Shown in pieces: positions 11,401 through 20,541 of a stretch of 64,000 nt of DNA. The translations under genes and the position numbers were made by a program. Within the stretch, counting starts at the first letter, position 1; each line of letters starts with the position of its first letter. The notes under the pieces were generated by a model. It made no database searches and was not told the DNA's origin. It was given only the letters and a program-made list of their open reading frames with translations. Source of the DNA: a virus; the IMG/VR virus record IMGVR_UViG_3300045988_068596, one strand, 5' to 3'.

Positions 11401-13096
11401 ATTTATCGAAGAAAATTATGCTACAGAATTTGAAAAACTTGTTGCTGACTTAGGTGAAGACCAAGCGTTGAACGCTGTATTTGAAAATTTCAACATCTCT
11501 ACAGCACTTAAGGCTTTAGTAAGTCCAAGTTCACCAATTAATTTCTCGGTTGAACTATATGACTTTTCTACGAGTGCATGGCACAAGTTAAACACGGATA
11601 GCTTAGACTTACGTATGCGTACATTCAACTTAGTAGCAAACCGTATCACAGACTATCTAAATGATTACAAGCTATTATTTGTTCGTTACGTGTTTGATAA
11701 CGAAACAGATAAAGATGTAACAGTTGAACTAGACATGCTAAATGTACTATTCAAGTATCGTTTAGGTGACGGATATAGTTTAGGGCTACAAAGTACTGTA
11801 GAATGTTTAAGTGAAATTCCATTAAAGGGTATTACCCTTTCTAGCGATAGTGTTGAAGTTGCTACTGGTGAGACAGCAAAAGTTACTCCAACTTTAGTAC
11901 CTGCTAGCGCAACTAACACAACCTTAGAGTGGGAAATAACAGACACTAAGATTGCTACTGTAGATACTTCTGGCAATATTACAGGAGTAGCTATTGGGGA
12001 AACCACATTAACCGTGTACGGTGAAGACAGAACCATTAGTGCTACTTGCAGTGTGTCTGTAAAAGCTAGACACACCCTATACTCAAACAGCACCGACTTC
12101 GGTGAGTATGATTATAGTGGAAATACTAATATAGCTGTAACTGATGCAGATACTTTTAAACTGGGAACTGGCGGGGAACTTACCTATAATAATGGGGAAT
12201 ACACCATTTTAATGGATGGAACTGCTAGATTAAGTAGATACAACACTGATGGTAAAAATAGTGTGTATCTTGCCGATAAAACAACTTATACACTTTCTTG
12301 TGAAATGTATGTTGGTGCTGACTATACCGGAAATGCTGACCAGATATTTGCTAACTATGCTTATCTCGATGGGGGTTACACAGTACTGCAAACAACAAGA
12401 CTTTCTGCTAATGCTCCTAGAGATACTTGGATAACAGTAAAAGGGACAGCCACTATGGATTATCAAGGAAGAGTTCCTAAAGTATTATACTTTAGTTGGC
12501 AAACAGTTGCGAGCGAGACTAACCCGACTGGTACACTTAAAATCAGAAATATAAAAATTGAGCGTGGGGTCACTAATACCTCATACCAACCTAACTTACT
12601 TAATGCACCTTACTACTTAGGGAAAACTGCATTAAATGAAAATTTAATTGAATCAAAAAGCTACAGTAACTCTAATTATCTAATTGGGTCGTTTCCTATT
12701 AAGAAGTCAGTAAAGAATGGGGAAAAAGTAACCTTTACATTAAAAGGAACAAAACCTAATACGAAACAATTTGGTTTCTACATTCAAACAGCAAACGGAG
12801 CAAGTACCGAGTTTCAAGGTCATCTTGTTGCCGTTGAAGGTTTACCTAATACGTGGTCATGGACAGGTAATCTAAAAATTATGCAGACAACCACCGATAC
12901 TGCAAAAGTAGTAATCTATCAGTTACCTCCCACAGAACAGGTAGCTAATGGCTCTGCAACGATTGAATGGGCTAAGCTTGAAAAAGGAGATACAAGAACT
13001 CCTAACATTGATTCCTATACTTACCACGGTACAACTTTAACTACATCTGAAGAACCACCAAAAGACCCTAATGCGTATACATGGTCTAGTATCTAA
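8447..13096 (+). CDS. Tail fibre / receptor-binding protein (1549 aa). It has an XkdU/P2-I-like N-terminus, internally duplicated CBM-like modules and a Big_2 domain.
   Basis: GTG start with RBS ctaggaggt. The peptide 'HTLYSNSTDFGEYDYS' occurs twice, with identical 35-bp DNA at 9373 and 12071. 'EKGDTRTPNIDSY' and 'LKGTKP' modules are also duplicated. Big_2 segment 'ITLSSDSVEVATGETAKVTPTL...'. Confidence 0.6.
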   Translation: MSNFFRNIHPLLRRNKRPEKYDDTNFAVLNALNYELTQAEQETIASKIQSSLESATDTYLDTWGDWFGVYRKDGWDDEYYRARIIRELLLKRGTIPAIIDALVDFLNDNDAVIQIYEPWRNIFYTNKSKLNGDDHLMGYYYRFAIIDISIDRPFPPEIVEIIKAFKPAGVLFYLRLDTSLAKNKTTVESPYVYLDVTNKTELEFLNGLYYDLRGNINLSDQRTQVVGNNIFHTNNSKLNGEDVLAGAFNHGRGYIHLASTTLLDYTPKPTDSMSDLKTTLGEAGSDMYNQTKEKDGRTASIQVPATKNVHTLYSNSTDFGEYDYSTAPNLLKTVTRNHWSNWTSSVSTPKDYVKVFDDYIIVDATDPSAVNVGRNVYIPNITRLTKGKQYTLSVSMMVDNEFDLSETSYNQSAVHYTIQSNGTPERPMIIRPNKTMVNQWQRVSVKFTVPTSINDGDYCFLHFYEGSGVTGKWYIRNDIMIQEGDQTSSQAPANQMPKITTDDYMFSHQNVTKTEEEGNITNFNNLPTSEPTRNIYVRNTEGTKKLIPLLSDKKQYTMSVEMWSEKEVTPSIRYRVNDSNNTPKFPLEIANKKIPAKQWTEVSVTKTLDLPSNPNILPYFKASDFKPTSGATVEDVGKGIQVTFSKTDGATFLECIPNLQGLKANTKYTMSADITVKEGYTGKLDNLRIYYRKFPGGTGIINMWATNAVVGQKTQIKVTENSSANTDPTVYDRMYLTIHTTSTEPFVGTVLIENLKLEEGETVTPDYPQHWLHIAIPKAYEGTIKIKNDSIKIQEGEKTTKPSWKPNLLAEPYEVGDIPVQSNIAPNVGLPVTTSAQLITQQTLKDYVVKGETYTVTLKGTKPANQGFRVFIAQDNGNRSMADMTPIEGLPDQWGATFTYNIDNTNTGAKQLRIYQRYPELGSCKIDWVKIEKGDTRTPNIDSYDYVGSLIEDTETPTLDPTKYTWTVNGDVTNKKAYMVFDIKTFIEENYATEFEKLVADLGEDQALNAVFENFNISTALKALVSPSSPINFSVELYDFSTSAWHKLNTDSLDLRMRTFNLVANRITDYLNDYKLLFVRYVFDNETDKDVTVELDMLNVLFKYRLGDGYSLGLQSTVECLSEIPLKGITLSSDSVEVATGETAKVTPTLVPASATNTTLEWEITDTKIATVDTSGNITGVAIGETTLTVYGEDRTISATCSVSVKARHTLYSNSTDFGEYDYSGNTNIAVTDADTFKLGTGGELTYNNGEYTILMDGTARLSRYNTDGKNSVYLADKTTYTLSCEMYVGADYTGNADQIFANYAYLDGGYTVLQTTRLSANAPRDTWITVKGTATMDYQGRVPKVLYFSWQTVASETNPTGTLKIRNIKIERGVTNTSYQPNLLNAPYYLGKTALNENLIESKSYSNSNYLIGSFPIKKSVKNGEKVTFTLKGTKPNTKQFGFYIQTANGASTEFQGHLVAVEGLPNTWSWTGNLKIMQTTTDTAKVVIYQLPPTEQVANGSATIEWAKLEKGDTRTPNIDSYTYHGTTLTTSEEPPKDPNAYTWSSI

Positions 13097-13128
13097 ATAG
13101 GGATAGCAGAATAATATGCTATAATATA

Positions 13129-13160
13129 AATAGGGCACGATGCTGTGCCCTATTTTTTAA
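13129..13160 (+). terminator. Rho-independent terminator.
   Basis: Perfect 9-bp stem atagggcac-gatgct-gtgccctat followed by ttttttaa. Confidence 0.7.
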
Positions 13161-13209
13161 TTGAATGCTATATTATCTAATGAAACCATAGAAGAAAAGA
13201 GGTTATAAA

Positions 13210-13755
13210 GTGGCTATTGCAACTAATAATTCCCGAGTGTATGCTTCATTACAGCTTAAAAACAAAAAAGACAGCATGTACTTAGTTATCGGTAAAACCT
13301 CACCTTGGACAAATGAAGATGCTCCACCCGCTACTGACCCGAATACTTCAACATTACAAGAAGTTGTTGGTTACAAAAAAGTAAGTAAAGCATCTCTATG
13401 TCGTGAATACGTTGCAGATGACGAAAACAAGTACCCAGTAATTAGCTATGGTACTCGTAAATTTACTTTGATACCGGATGAAGATGCTTATAAAGAAAAA
13501 GCATGGATGGTATATATCGAATCTGAAATCGTAGGTGATGAATTACCTTTAGGTACATTTAGACAAGTAGGACTTCACACTGACCTAGTACCAAAAACAG
13601 GTGTAGATAAAGATGCGTTACTACCTACAGAAGTAACAAATGCAGGTATTTTACAATTCTTTGAAAACAGACAACAACAAAACAGAACTGCCGATGTAAC
13701 AATCCGAGAAAAATTTATCGTTACAATGGAAAACGGCAAAACATTAAAAGCGTAA
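13210..13755 (+). CDS. Structural-module hypothetical protein (181 aa).
   Basis: GTG start with RBS aaaagagg. It lies between large tail genes. Confidence 0.4.
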   Translation: MAIATNNSRVYASLQLKNKKDSMYLVIGKTSPWTNEDAPPATDPNTSTLQEVVGYKKVSKASLCREYVADDENKYPVISYGTRKFTLIPDEDAYKEKAWMVYIESEIVGDELPLGTFRQVGLHTDLVPKTGVDKDALLPTEVTNAGILQFFENRQQQNRTADVTIREKFIVTMENGKTLKA

Positions 13756-13771
13756 GAGAGGATGACAAGCA

Positions 13772-16700
13772 TTGGCAAAAGAAATTACAAATGATGATTT
13801 AAAGAAAGCGCCCTACCTTGACCGCTTTGACCCTAACAAGAATAGAACACGAGTGCTATTCAAACCGGATAAACCTCTTCAACAAGCAGAACTTAATGAA
13901 CTACAAGCAATGCAAGATTATGCGTTATCCAATGTAGCAGAGTCCGTGTTCAGTGATGGGGACATTCAAACAGGTATGGAGTATATCCTTCAAGGAACTA
14001 CGCTTACTGTTAAAAAAGGTAAAGTGTTCCTTGGTGGTAAAATGCGTAATTTTAACGAACAAAGTATTGAAATCACAGGTAGAGGTACTGAGTACATTGG
14101 TGTTAAACTTGTTCAAAAGGTAATTACCGCAGAAGACGACCCAACCTTGTTAGACCAAACAAGTGGCGTTCCTAGTCATTTCTCAGAAGGTGCAGACCGT
14201 CTAGAGGAAACAGTTGTACTAGGAGTAAACGATGATGAAGCTTCAAACATTTATCGTTTTGAGAACGGTCAATTATATATTAACCCAGATACACCAGAAA
14301 TGGACAAAATCAATAAAGTATTAGCAGAACGTACTTATGATGAATCCGGTTCTTATCGTGTACGTGGATTTGATATGTATACAGAAGTACACCCAACAGA
14401 CCCTAATAACAAAATCCAATTAGTTATTGACTCTGGACGTGCATATGTATTAGGTTTTAAAGTAGACAAACCTACAACTACTCGTATTGACATTGATAAA
14501 TCTCGTGATTTAGAAACAATCAATAACGAAGGTTTCTACTACAGTAACGAAACTCGTTTAAACAAACTAGGTAACTCACCTGTATCTAGCGTAGACCGTG
14601 TAACAGCCCAAGTGGAAGTTGCAAAAGAACAAGTGTCTCGTGGAGTTGTTGGCGGGGGTACTGATTACCTTAAAAATACTTCGGTAACAAAAGTTGTTCG
14701 TGTATGGACGGAAGGTTCAGGAGCGCACGAATATAGACAGGGAGAGGACTTCCAATTAGTTAATGGTCAAGCTATCTCATGGGCACCTACAGGGCAAGAA
14801 CCACCTGCCGGAGGTACCTACTTTGTACAATACGTTTACAACAAAACAATGATTGAAAACACTGATTATAAAGTAACTGTTAAAGGTGAAGGAGATAACC
14901 GTGAATGGTATATTGACTTTAACGAAATGACAGGTTCTAAACCAGTAGACGAATCATTAGTTAACGTAGATTACAAATACTTCTTAGCTCGTAAAGACTT
15001 AATTGTGTTAGACCATAACGGAAACTTTACTGTTCATAAAGGACAGCCTAACGCAATGCGTTTAGTAGATTCTCCTAACCATATTGACCCATTGACACTG
15101 AATATTGGTACAGTGCTTGTTTACCCAGATTCAAGCACGGCAGAAGCTAAACAATGGACAATCACTCGGTTAACGATGGAAGAGCTACAAAAATTATCTG
15201 TACGTGTAGACAATATGGAATACAACCAAGCGGTATTCTATCTTGACCAACCTGCGATGGCAGGAGAAAACCCAATCTATTTACGTGGGGTATTCTCAGA
15301 TGCGTTTATCTCTCTTGATAAATACGATACAAGTCATCCAGATGCTACAATTGCCTTTGACTTTGATACAGCAGAAATCACACTGCCTTATGCAGAGATT
15401 AATAAAACTGTACCATCCATTATCGAAGGTTCTAGTGAAGCACATGTATGGGGACGGTTAGTAACTGCACCATTTACCGAAGAAGTCGGAATTAGACAAC
15501 CATTTGCTACAGAAGCAATGAATGTTAACCCATACAATACGTTCAATAAGCAAGGTGTTCTAACACTAAATCCTAGTGCAGATAACTGGATTGAAGAAGA
15601 ACGTATCACTATCACCAAAGAAGAAACATCTACAATGACTATTCGTCAATGGTGGAGACACGGTGGAGCTTCTTGGACAAATGATGAAATGAACCTTGTA
15701 TCTAACGTAGACCTAGACAACGGTATGAATTGGAGCGACCTAAAAGACGACTACCGTAAGTCTGGATTGTCTGGTACTACACTGTCTAGTGGTGGACAAC
15801 AAACAAAAGAGTCTATGATTGAGTTCATGAGACAAATTGACGTTGAAATCTACGCTGAGAACTTAGAGCCAAATGCAAACAACTTAGTTGTGTCATTTGA
15901 TGGACTACGTGTCCCTGTAACACCATCTTCTGGTTACCGTAAAGGTTCACAAGAGGGTACTGGTATGGCAAATGCTGATGGTACGTTCAAAGGTGTATTC
16001 AAGATTCCTGCGGGTGTACGCTGTGGTACTCGTGAAGTATCTATTCGAAATGATACGAACTTAGCAAGTACAACGTTCACTGCACAAGGAACAATGAAAA
16101 CTACTGAGGACATCATCATCCGTACTCACGTAACAATCAACCTAGTTGACCCATTAGCACAATCATTCAGCTTCAATACAAACCGTATTGCTACAAGCTT
16201 CGATGTATTCTTCGCTTCTAAGGATAGCAGTACAAACATTATCTGTCAAGTACGTGGTATCTCAGAAGGCGGTCAACCAAACAAAACGGTTTATGCAGAA
16301 CGTGTATTAAAACCTTCTGAAATCAAAGTGTCTGACGATGCTAGTGTAGCAACTAAGATTACATTTGATGACCCATTGATGTGTAAAGCAGGTCAAGAAT
16401 ACTGTTTAGTGTTCATTACTGACTCTGATAAATACACAATGTGGATTGCTACAATGGGACAAAACAGAATTGATGACCCAACGCAAAGTGTGAACTCTAA
16501 CCCTTACTTAGAAGGTGTGCTTTACAGTTCATCTAATGCGAGTGCATGGTCTATTCACCAAATGTCTGACTTGAAATTTACTGTTTACACAGCTAAATTT
16601 AACGAAGAAGCTGTCTTGGAGTTCGATGTAATGAGAAACATCAACGTAGACCGTGTGGTTCTTATGTCCACATATTTAACTCCTGCGAATACAGGATGTA

Positions 16701-17230
16701 AATGGGACATGAAGATTGTTCTTAACAATGAACCTTCCGGAACAACCGTCAACGACAAACCTTGGGTTCCAATTGCGAACTATGTAGACTTAGATGTTAA
16801 CCAGATTGCTCGTGAGGTTAAACTTCGTGCAACGTTTAAAGCAAACCAATATATTTCTCCAATGCTTGCATTAGACGATATTATGTTTGCCGGTTTCTTA
16901 ACTGCCTTGAAGGGTAGCTACGTATCTCGTACAATTGATTTATCCGAGGCTCCATACAACACTGTTAAGATGTCTTACGAACAGTTTACTCCTGCCGGAA
17001 CCACTGTTGTTGCAAAATACAGTACTGACGAAGGTAAAACATGGAAGACATTCACTACTCAGCCTACAACAACACAACGTACGCAAGATTTCGTTCGTGT
17101 AGACTACGTTGAGAAGATTAATACGGGTGGAACATTTAAATCCATTAAGTTCCGTCTTGACATGTCAACCCAGAACTCATTCCTTCGCCCGAGGGTGAGA
17201 CGCTTAATGACGAATATGACCGACAAATAG
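13772..17230 (+). CDS. Large tail protein (1152 aa), a candidate adsorption-associated tail or fibre protein.
   Basis: TTG start with RBS agagagga. It is a long beta-rich ORF at the end of the structural module. The size class matches adsorption-associated tail proteins of SPO1/K-like phages (from memory, not verified). Confidence 0.45.
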   Translation: MAKEITNDDLKKAPYLDRFDPNKNRTRVLFKPDKPLQQAELNELQAMQDYALSNVAESVFSDGDIQTGMEYILQGTTLTVKKGKVFLGGKMRNFNEQSIEITGRGTEYIGVKLVQKVITAEDDPTLLDQTSGVPSHFSEGADRLEETVVLGVNDDEASNIYRFENGQLYINPDTPEMDKINKVLAERTYDESGSYRVRGFDMYTEVHPTDPNNKIQLVIDSGRAYVLGFKVDKPTTTRIDIDKSRDLETINNEGFYYSNETRLNKLGNSPVSSVDRVTAQVEVAKEQVSRGVVGGGTDYLKNTSVTKVVRVWTEGSGAHEYRQGEDFQLVNGQAISWAPTGQEPPAGGTYFVQYVYNKTMIENTDYKVTVKGEGDNREWYIDFNEMTGSKPVDESLVNVDYKYFLARKDLIVLDHNGNFTVHKGQPNAMRLVDSPNHIDPLTLNIGTVLVYPDSSTAEAKQWTITRLTMEELQKLSVRVDNMEYNQAVFYLDQPAMAGENPIYLRGVFSDAFISLDKYDTSHPDATIAFDFDTAEITLPYAEINKTVPSIIEGSSEAHVWGRLVTAPFTEEVGIRQPFATEAMNVNPYNTFNKQGVLTLNPSADNWIEEERITITKEETSTMTIRQWWRHGGASWTNDEMNLVSNVDLDNGMNWSDLKDDYRKSGLSGTTLSSGGQQTKESMIEFMRQIDVEIYAENLEPNANNLVVSFDGLRVPVTPSSGYRKGSQEGTGMANADGTFKGVFKIPAGVRCGTREVSIRNDTNLASTTFTAQGTMKTTEDIIIRTHVTINLVDPLAQSFSFNTNRIATSFDVFFASKDSSTNIICQVRGISEGGQPNKTVYAERVLKPSEIKVSDDASVATKITFDDPLMCKAGQEYCLVFITDSDKYTMWIATMGQNRIDDPTQSVNSNPYLEGVLYSSSNASAWSIHQMSDLKFTVYTAKFNEEAVLEFDVMRNINVDRVVLMSTYLTPANTGCKWDMKIVLNNEPSGTTVNDKPWVPIANYVDLDVNQIAREVKLRATFKANQYISPMLALDDIMFAGFLTALKGSYVSRTIDLSEAPYNTVKMSYEQFTPAGTTVVAKYSTDEGKTWKTFTTQPTTTQRTQDFVRVDYVEKINTGGTFKSIKFRLDMSTQNSFLRPRVRRLMTNMTDK

Positions 17231-17310
17231 AAGATGTAACTGTAATGTAACATTTCTATGCCTCTTACTGTGGTATACTTATTGTATACGAAATAGTAGG
17301 AGGTTTTTTA

Positions 17311-18273
17311 ATGGTTAAAGCATTACAATTAGCAGGTACTACATTTGGTAAATGGCACGTAAAAGAACGAGATACTTCTAAGAAAGGTAGAGCATACTGG
17401 ATTTGTGAATGCTCTTGTGGAAGAACAGTTCAATCTATTCCGAGCGGTACTCTTACTACAGGCTCATCTGTGATGTGTAAACAATGTGCAAATGAGAAAT
17501 CTTTAGTGGGTAAGACTTTTGGTAGGTTGACCGTCATTAAAGATTCAGGTGAACGAGCAACTAATGGTAGTATCCTTTGGGAGTGTAAATGTTCCTGTGG
17601 GAAGACAAGCCTTGTCAGGGGTTCAGAGTTAACAGGGGGTCGCACAAAGAGTTGTGGTTGTTACTCCACGGATGTACTCAAAAAAGTAGCCACTAAGCAT
17701 GGATTGTCTAAAGTGAACGGAAAACCCACAAAATTATTCCGGGCATGGGCTTCGATGAAACAACGGTGTTACAACAAGAACCATGCGAGTTATAAAGATT
17801 ACGGTGGAAGAGGTATAACCATATGTTCTGAATGGCGTGAAAACTTTGAAGCTTTCCATGATTGGGCTATGACTAACGGATTTTCCGATGACTTGTCTAT
17901 TGATAGAATTGACAATGACAAAGGTTACTCACCAGATAACTGTCGATGGGTAGATGCTAAAACCCAGATTCGAAATAGACGAAATACAGTTACTTATGAG
18001 TGGCAAGGAAAAGAGTATACTCGAGCTGAGTTAAGTAGGTTGACAGGTATAAATGAGCAAACCATTGCTTCAAGATTGAACAAAGGTTTTTCCCTTGAAG
18101 AAGCCCTTTCTTCAAAAATAGGCACTTCTGTATTACTTATGACCTATAAAGAGGAGACTAAACCTGTCAAACAATGGTGTAAAGAACTAGGGTTGAACTA
18201 TGCAACTGTACGTAACAGACATTATAAGGGTTGGACTGATGAAGAAGCTTTGACTGGTATACGTAATAAATAG
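17311..18273 (+). CDS. Free-standing HNH homing endonuclease.
   Basis: Duplicated Cys clusters (WICECSCGRT / WECKCSCGKT). HNH core 'DRIDNDKGYSPDNCRW'. C-terminal DNA-binding-like region. Confidence 0.6.
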   Translation: MVKALQLAGTTFGKWHVKERDTSKKGRAYWICECSCGRTVQSIPSGTLTTGSSVMCKQCANEKSLVGKTFGRLTVIKDSGERATNGSILWECKCSCGKTSLVRGSELTGGRTKSCGCYSTDVLKKVATKHGLSKVNGKPTKLFRAWASMKQRCYNKNHASYKDYGGRGITICSEWRENFEAFHDWAMTNGFSDDLSIDRIDNDKGYSPDNCRWVDAKTQIRNRRNTVTYEWQGKEYTRAELSRLTGINEQTIASRLNKGFSLEEALSSKIGTSVLLMTYKEETKPVKQWCKELGLNYATVRNRHYKGWTDEEALTGIRNK

Positions 18274-18290
18274 TCAACCAAGTTGAATAG

Positions 18291-18329
18291 CCTCTATATG
18301 CTATACTAGGCATATAGGGGTTATTTTTT
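18291..18329 (+). terminator. Rho-independent terminator.
   Basis: cctctatatgc-tatactag-gcatatagggg followed by ttattttttat. Confidence 0.7.
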
Positions 18330-18350
18330 ATGTAAAGGAGACTTATTGAT

Positions 18351-18557
18351 ATGCCAGAATCATTTAGACAAAAATCATCAGGAGCTTTAATTTTTAGACC
18401 TACAGTTTCTGAGAAAATCCATTCTAACCAGATGAAAGCTCTTGCTAAAGATAAAGAGAAATTGAACAGAGACATACAAGAGGTTAATAATTTAAAACAA
18501 GAATTGACTAAGGAATTAGAAGAAATTAGAGAATTAAAAAACAAGTTAAAAGGATAA
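18351..18557 (+). CDS. Small coiled-coil protein (68 aa).
   Basis: RBS aaaggag with an ATG start. Lys/Glu-rich heptad-like sequence. Confidence 0.4.
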   Translation: MPESFRQKSSGALIFRPTVSEKIHSNQMKALAKDKEKLNRDIQEVNNLKQELTKELEEIRELKNKLKG

Positions 18558-18685
18558 AATGTCCTATTTTAATTTTTTGACCTCCTTATATATTTAATAT
18601 TATATATTTAACTATTTATCTAAGTTATAAGTATTTATATATTATATATTTATATATAAGGGAACCAAAAATGGAAAATAGGACA

Positions 18686-18714
18686 TTGACATACACTTAC
18701 AGTACTGGTACAAT
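18686..18714 (+). promoter_or_regulatory. Sigma-A promoter TTGACA-17-TACAAT for the helicase operon.
   Basis: TTGACA at 18686-18691, 17-bp spacer, TACAAT at 18709-18714. The -35 overlaps the right arm of a 13-bp inverted repeat. Confidence 0.55.
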
Positions 18715-18750
18715 AGTATTGTAAGGTGTGAGACATTATTAGGAGGACTT

Positions 18751-20526
18751 ATGAGACTAGTAATAGATGTAATGCACACTCAGATTAGATTTGATGAAAA
18801 CGAAGGTAGTCTTCGTAGCACTATACATAGAGTAATGCACGAAGAACTTGGAGTAAAAGCAGATGGCTATCAATTTAGTCCTGCATATAAATCAGGTTAC
18901 TGGGATGGTATTATTGATTTTTATAATAAAGACAACGATACATTTCCTACAGGTCTAGTACCTAAAGTAGAGGAAATCCTAGGAAGACTACAAACTGCTA
19001 TGGGTAGTAGAGGTTACATGTTTCAATTTGAGATTATTGATGACAGACCTGACAAATTCATGGAAGTTGAAGAAATGGACTCAGAAATTAAATTGAATGG
19101 TGACAATGGAGAAATAATTACTCTACGTGACTATCAATATGATTCTGTAAAAAGTATTATTGAGAAGCAAACAGGTATTATCAATGTTGCTACTAATGGT
19201 GGTAAAACAGAGATTGCTTCTGGTTTAATACAGCAAATCCTACCTGCTTTAGAATCGGGAGAAAGGATTGCATTCTTTACAAACAGCTCCTCTATCTTCA
19301 CTCAATCTATCGACCGTATTGAAAAACGATTAGGCATTAAAGTAGGTGCCTTTGGAGCAGGTAAAAAGGATATTCAACAAGTTACATTTGTGATGATTCC
19401 AACAATTACCTCTGCTATTTCAGCAGACCCAGAAGCTAAACTTAAACTTACACCGAAAGAGCGTATGTACAAAAAGTTAGCTAAAGAGATTGCTCCTAAG
19501 TTCCTTACAGGATTTAATCAAAAAGGACTACTTGAAGGTTACATCCGTAACTTCCAAGTGAAAACAAAAGCTGATTTACAGTTGAAACATGAATTGGAAG
19601 AGGCTTACTACAGTTGTGGAACCAACAAACAGGTAGTGATGAAAATGCGTAGTTATCAAGCTGAGTATGAAAAGGTAGTCGAGAAAAAGAACGGGAAGGT
19701 CTTGAAGAAATACAACGAAGCAAAAGAGTTTTTAGAATCTGTTGCTGTTATGATTGTAGATGAGGCACACCATACTAGTTCTGATACTTGGTACCAAGCA
19801 CTAACTGCTTGTTCTAATGCTCAGTATCGTATGGCTTTAACAGGTTCTATTGACATGAAAAACCATGTGTTATGGCAAAGAATGCAAGCCATTTTTGGTT
19901 CCATTACTACCAAGGTATCAAATGACACCTTAATCAGTTTAGGTCACTCTGCAAAACCTAAAATTACCATTTTCCCAATTATTGCCCCTACAGACATCGA
20001 AAACTCCAATTACATGGATGCTTACAAGATGGGGATAGTGGACAATGTATACAGAAACTCTTTGATTGCTAAACTTACAAAGAAAATGTATGAGAGTGGC
20101 AGTGGTGTACTGGTAATTATTAATCGTATTGAACACGGGGAAACGATTAGTGAGTTATTAGATGCAGAAGGTGTACCACATTACTTCATTCACGGGGAGC
20201 TTGATAATGACTTACGTGATGAAAAGTTACAAGAAATGCGTGACGGACATTTGAAGGTGATGATTTCCTCAACAATTATTGATGAGGGGGTTGACATCTC
20301 CGGTATTGATACCTTAATATTAGGTGCAGGTGGTAAGTCCTTACGTCAAACCTTGCAACGGGTAGGTCGTGGCTTACGTAAGAAAAAGACAGGTGAAAAC
20401 AAGGTATCTGTTTTTGATTTTTACGACTTGACAAATAAACACTTGAAGAAACATTCGGAAGAGAGAAGAAAAATCTATGAGAAAGAACAATTTGAGATTG
20501 TTGACATCCCTCTTCCAACGAAATAA
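18751..20526 (+). CDS. Superfamily-2 DNA helicase (DEAH-box; UvsW/Res-subunit-like).
   Basis: Motif I 'ATNGGKTE', motif II 'VDEAHH', motif VI 'QRVGRGLR'. Confidence 0.7.
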   Translation: MRLVIDVMHTQIRFDENEGSLRSTIHRVMHEELGVKADGYQFSPAYKSGYWDGIIDFYNKDNDTFPTGLVPKVEEILGRLQTAMGSRGYMFQFEIIDDRPDKFMEVEEMDSEIKLNGDNGEIITLRDYQYDSVKSIIEKQTGIINVATNGGKTEIASGLIQQILPALESGERIAFFTNSSSIFTQSIDRIEKRLGIKVGAFGAGKKDIQQVTFVMIPTITSAISADPEAKLKLTPKERMYKKLAKEIAPKFLTGFNQKGLLEGYIRNFQVKTKADLQLKHELEEAYYSCGTNKQVVMKMRSYQAEYEKVVEKKNGKVLKKYNEAKEFLESVAVMIVDEAHHTSSDTWYQALTACSNAQYRMALTGSIDMKNHVLWQRMQAIFGSITTKVSNDTLISLGHSAKPKITIFPIIAPTDIENSNYMDAYKMGIVDNVYRNSLIAKLTKKMYESGSGVLVIINRIEHGETISELLDAEGVPHYFIHGELDNDLRDEKLQEMRDGHLKVMISSTIIDEGVDISGIDTLILGAGGKSLRQTLQRVGRGLRKKKTGENKVSVFDFYDLTNKHLKKHSEERRKIYEKEQFEIVDIPLPTK

Positions 20527-20541
20527 ACGAGGAGGTACAAG

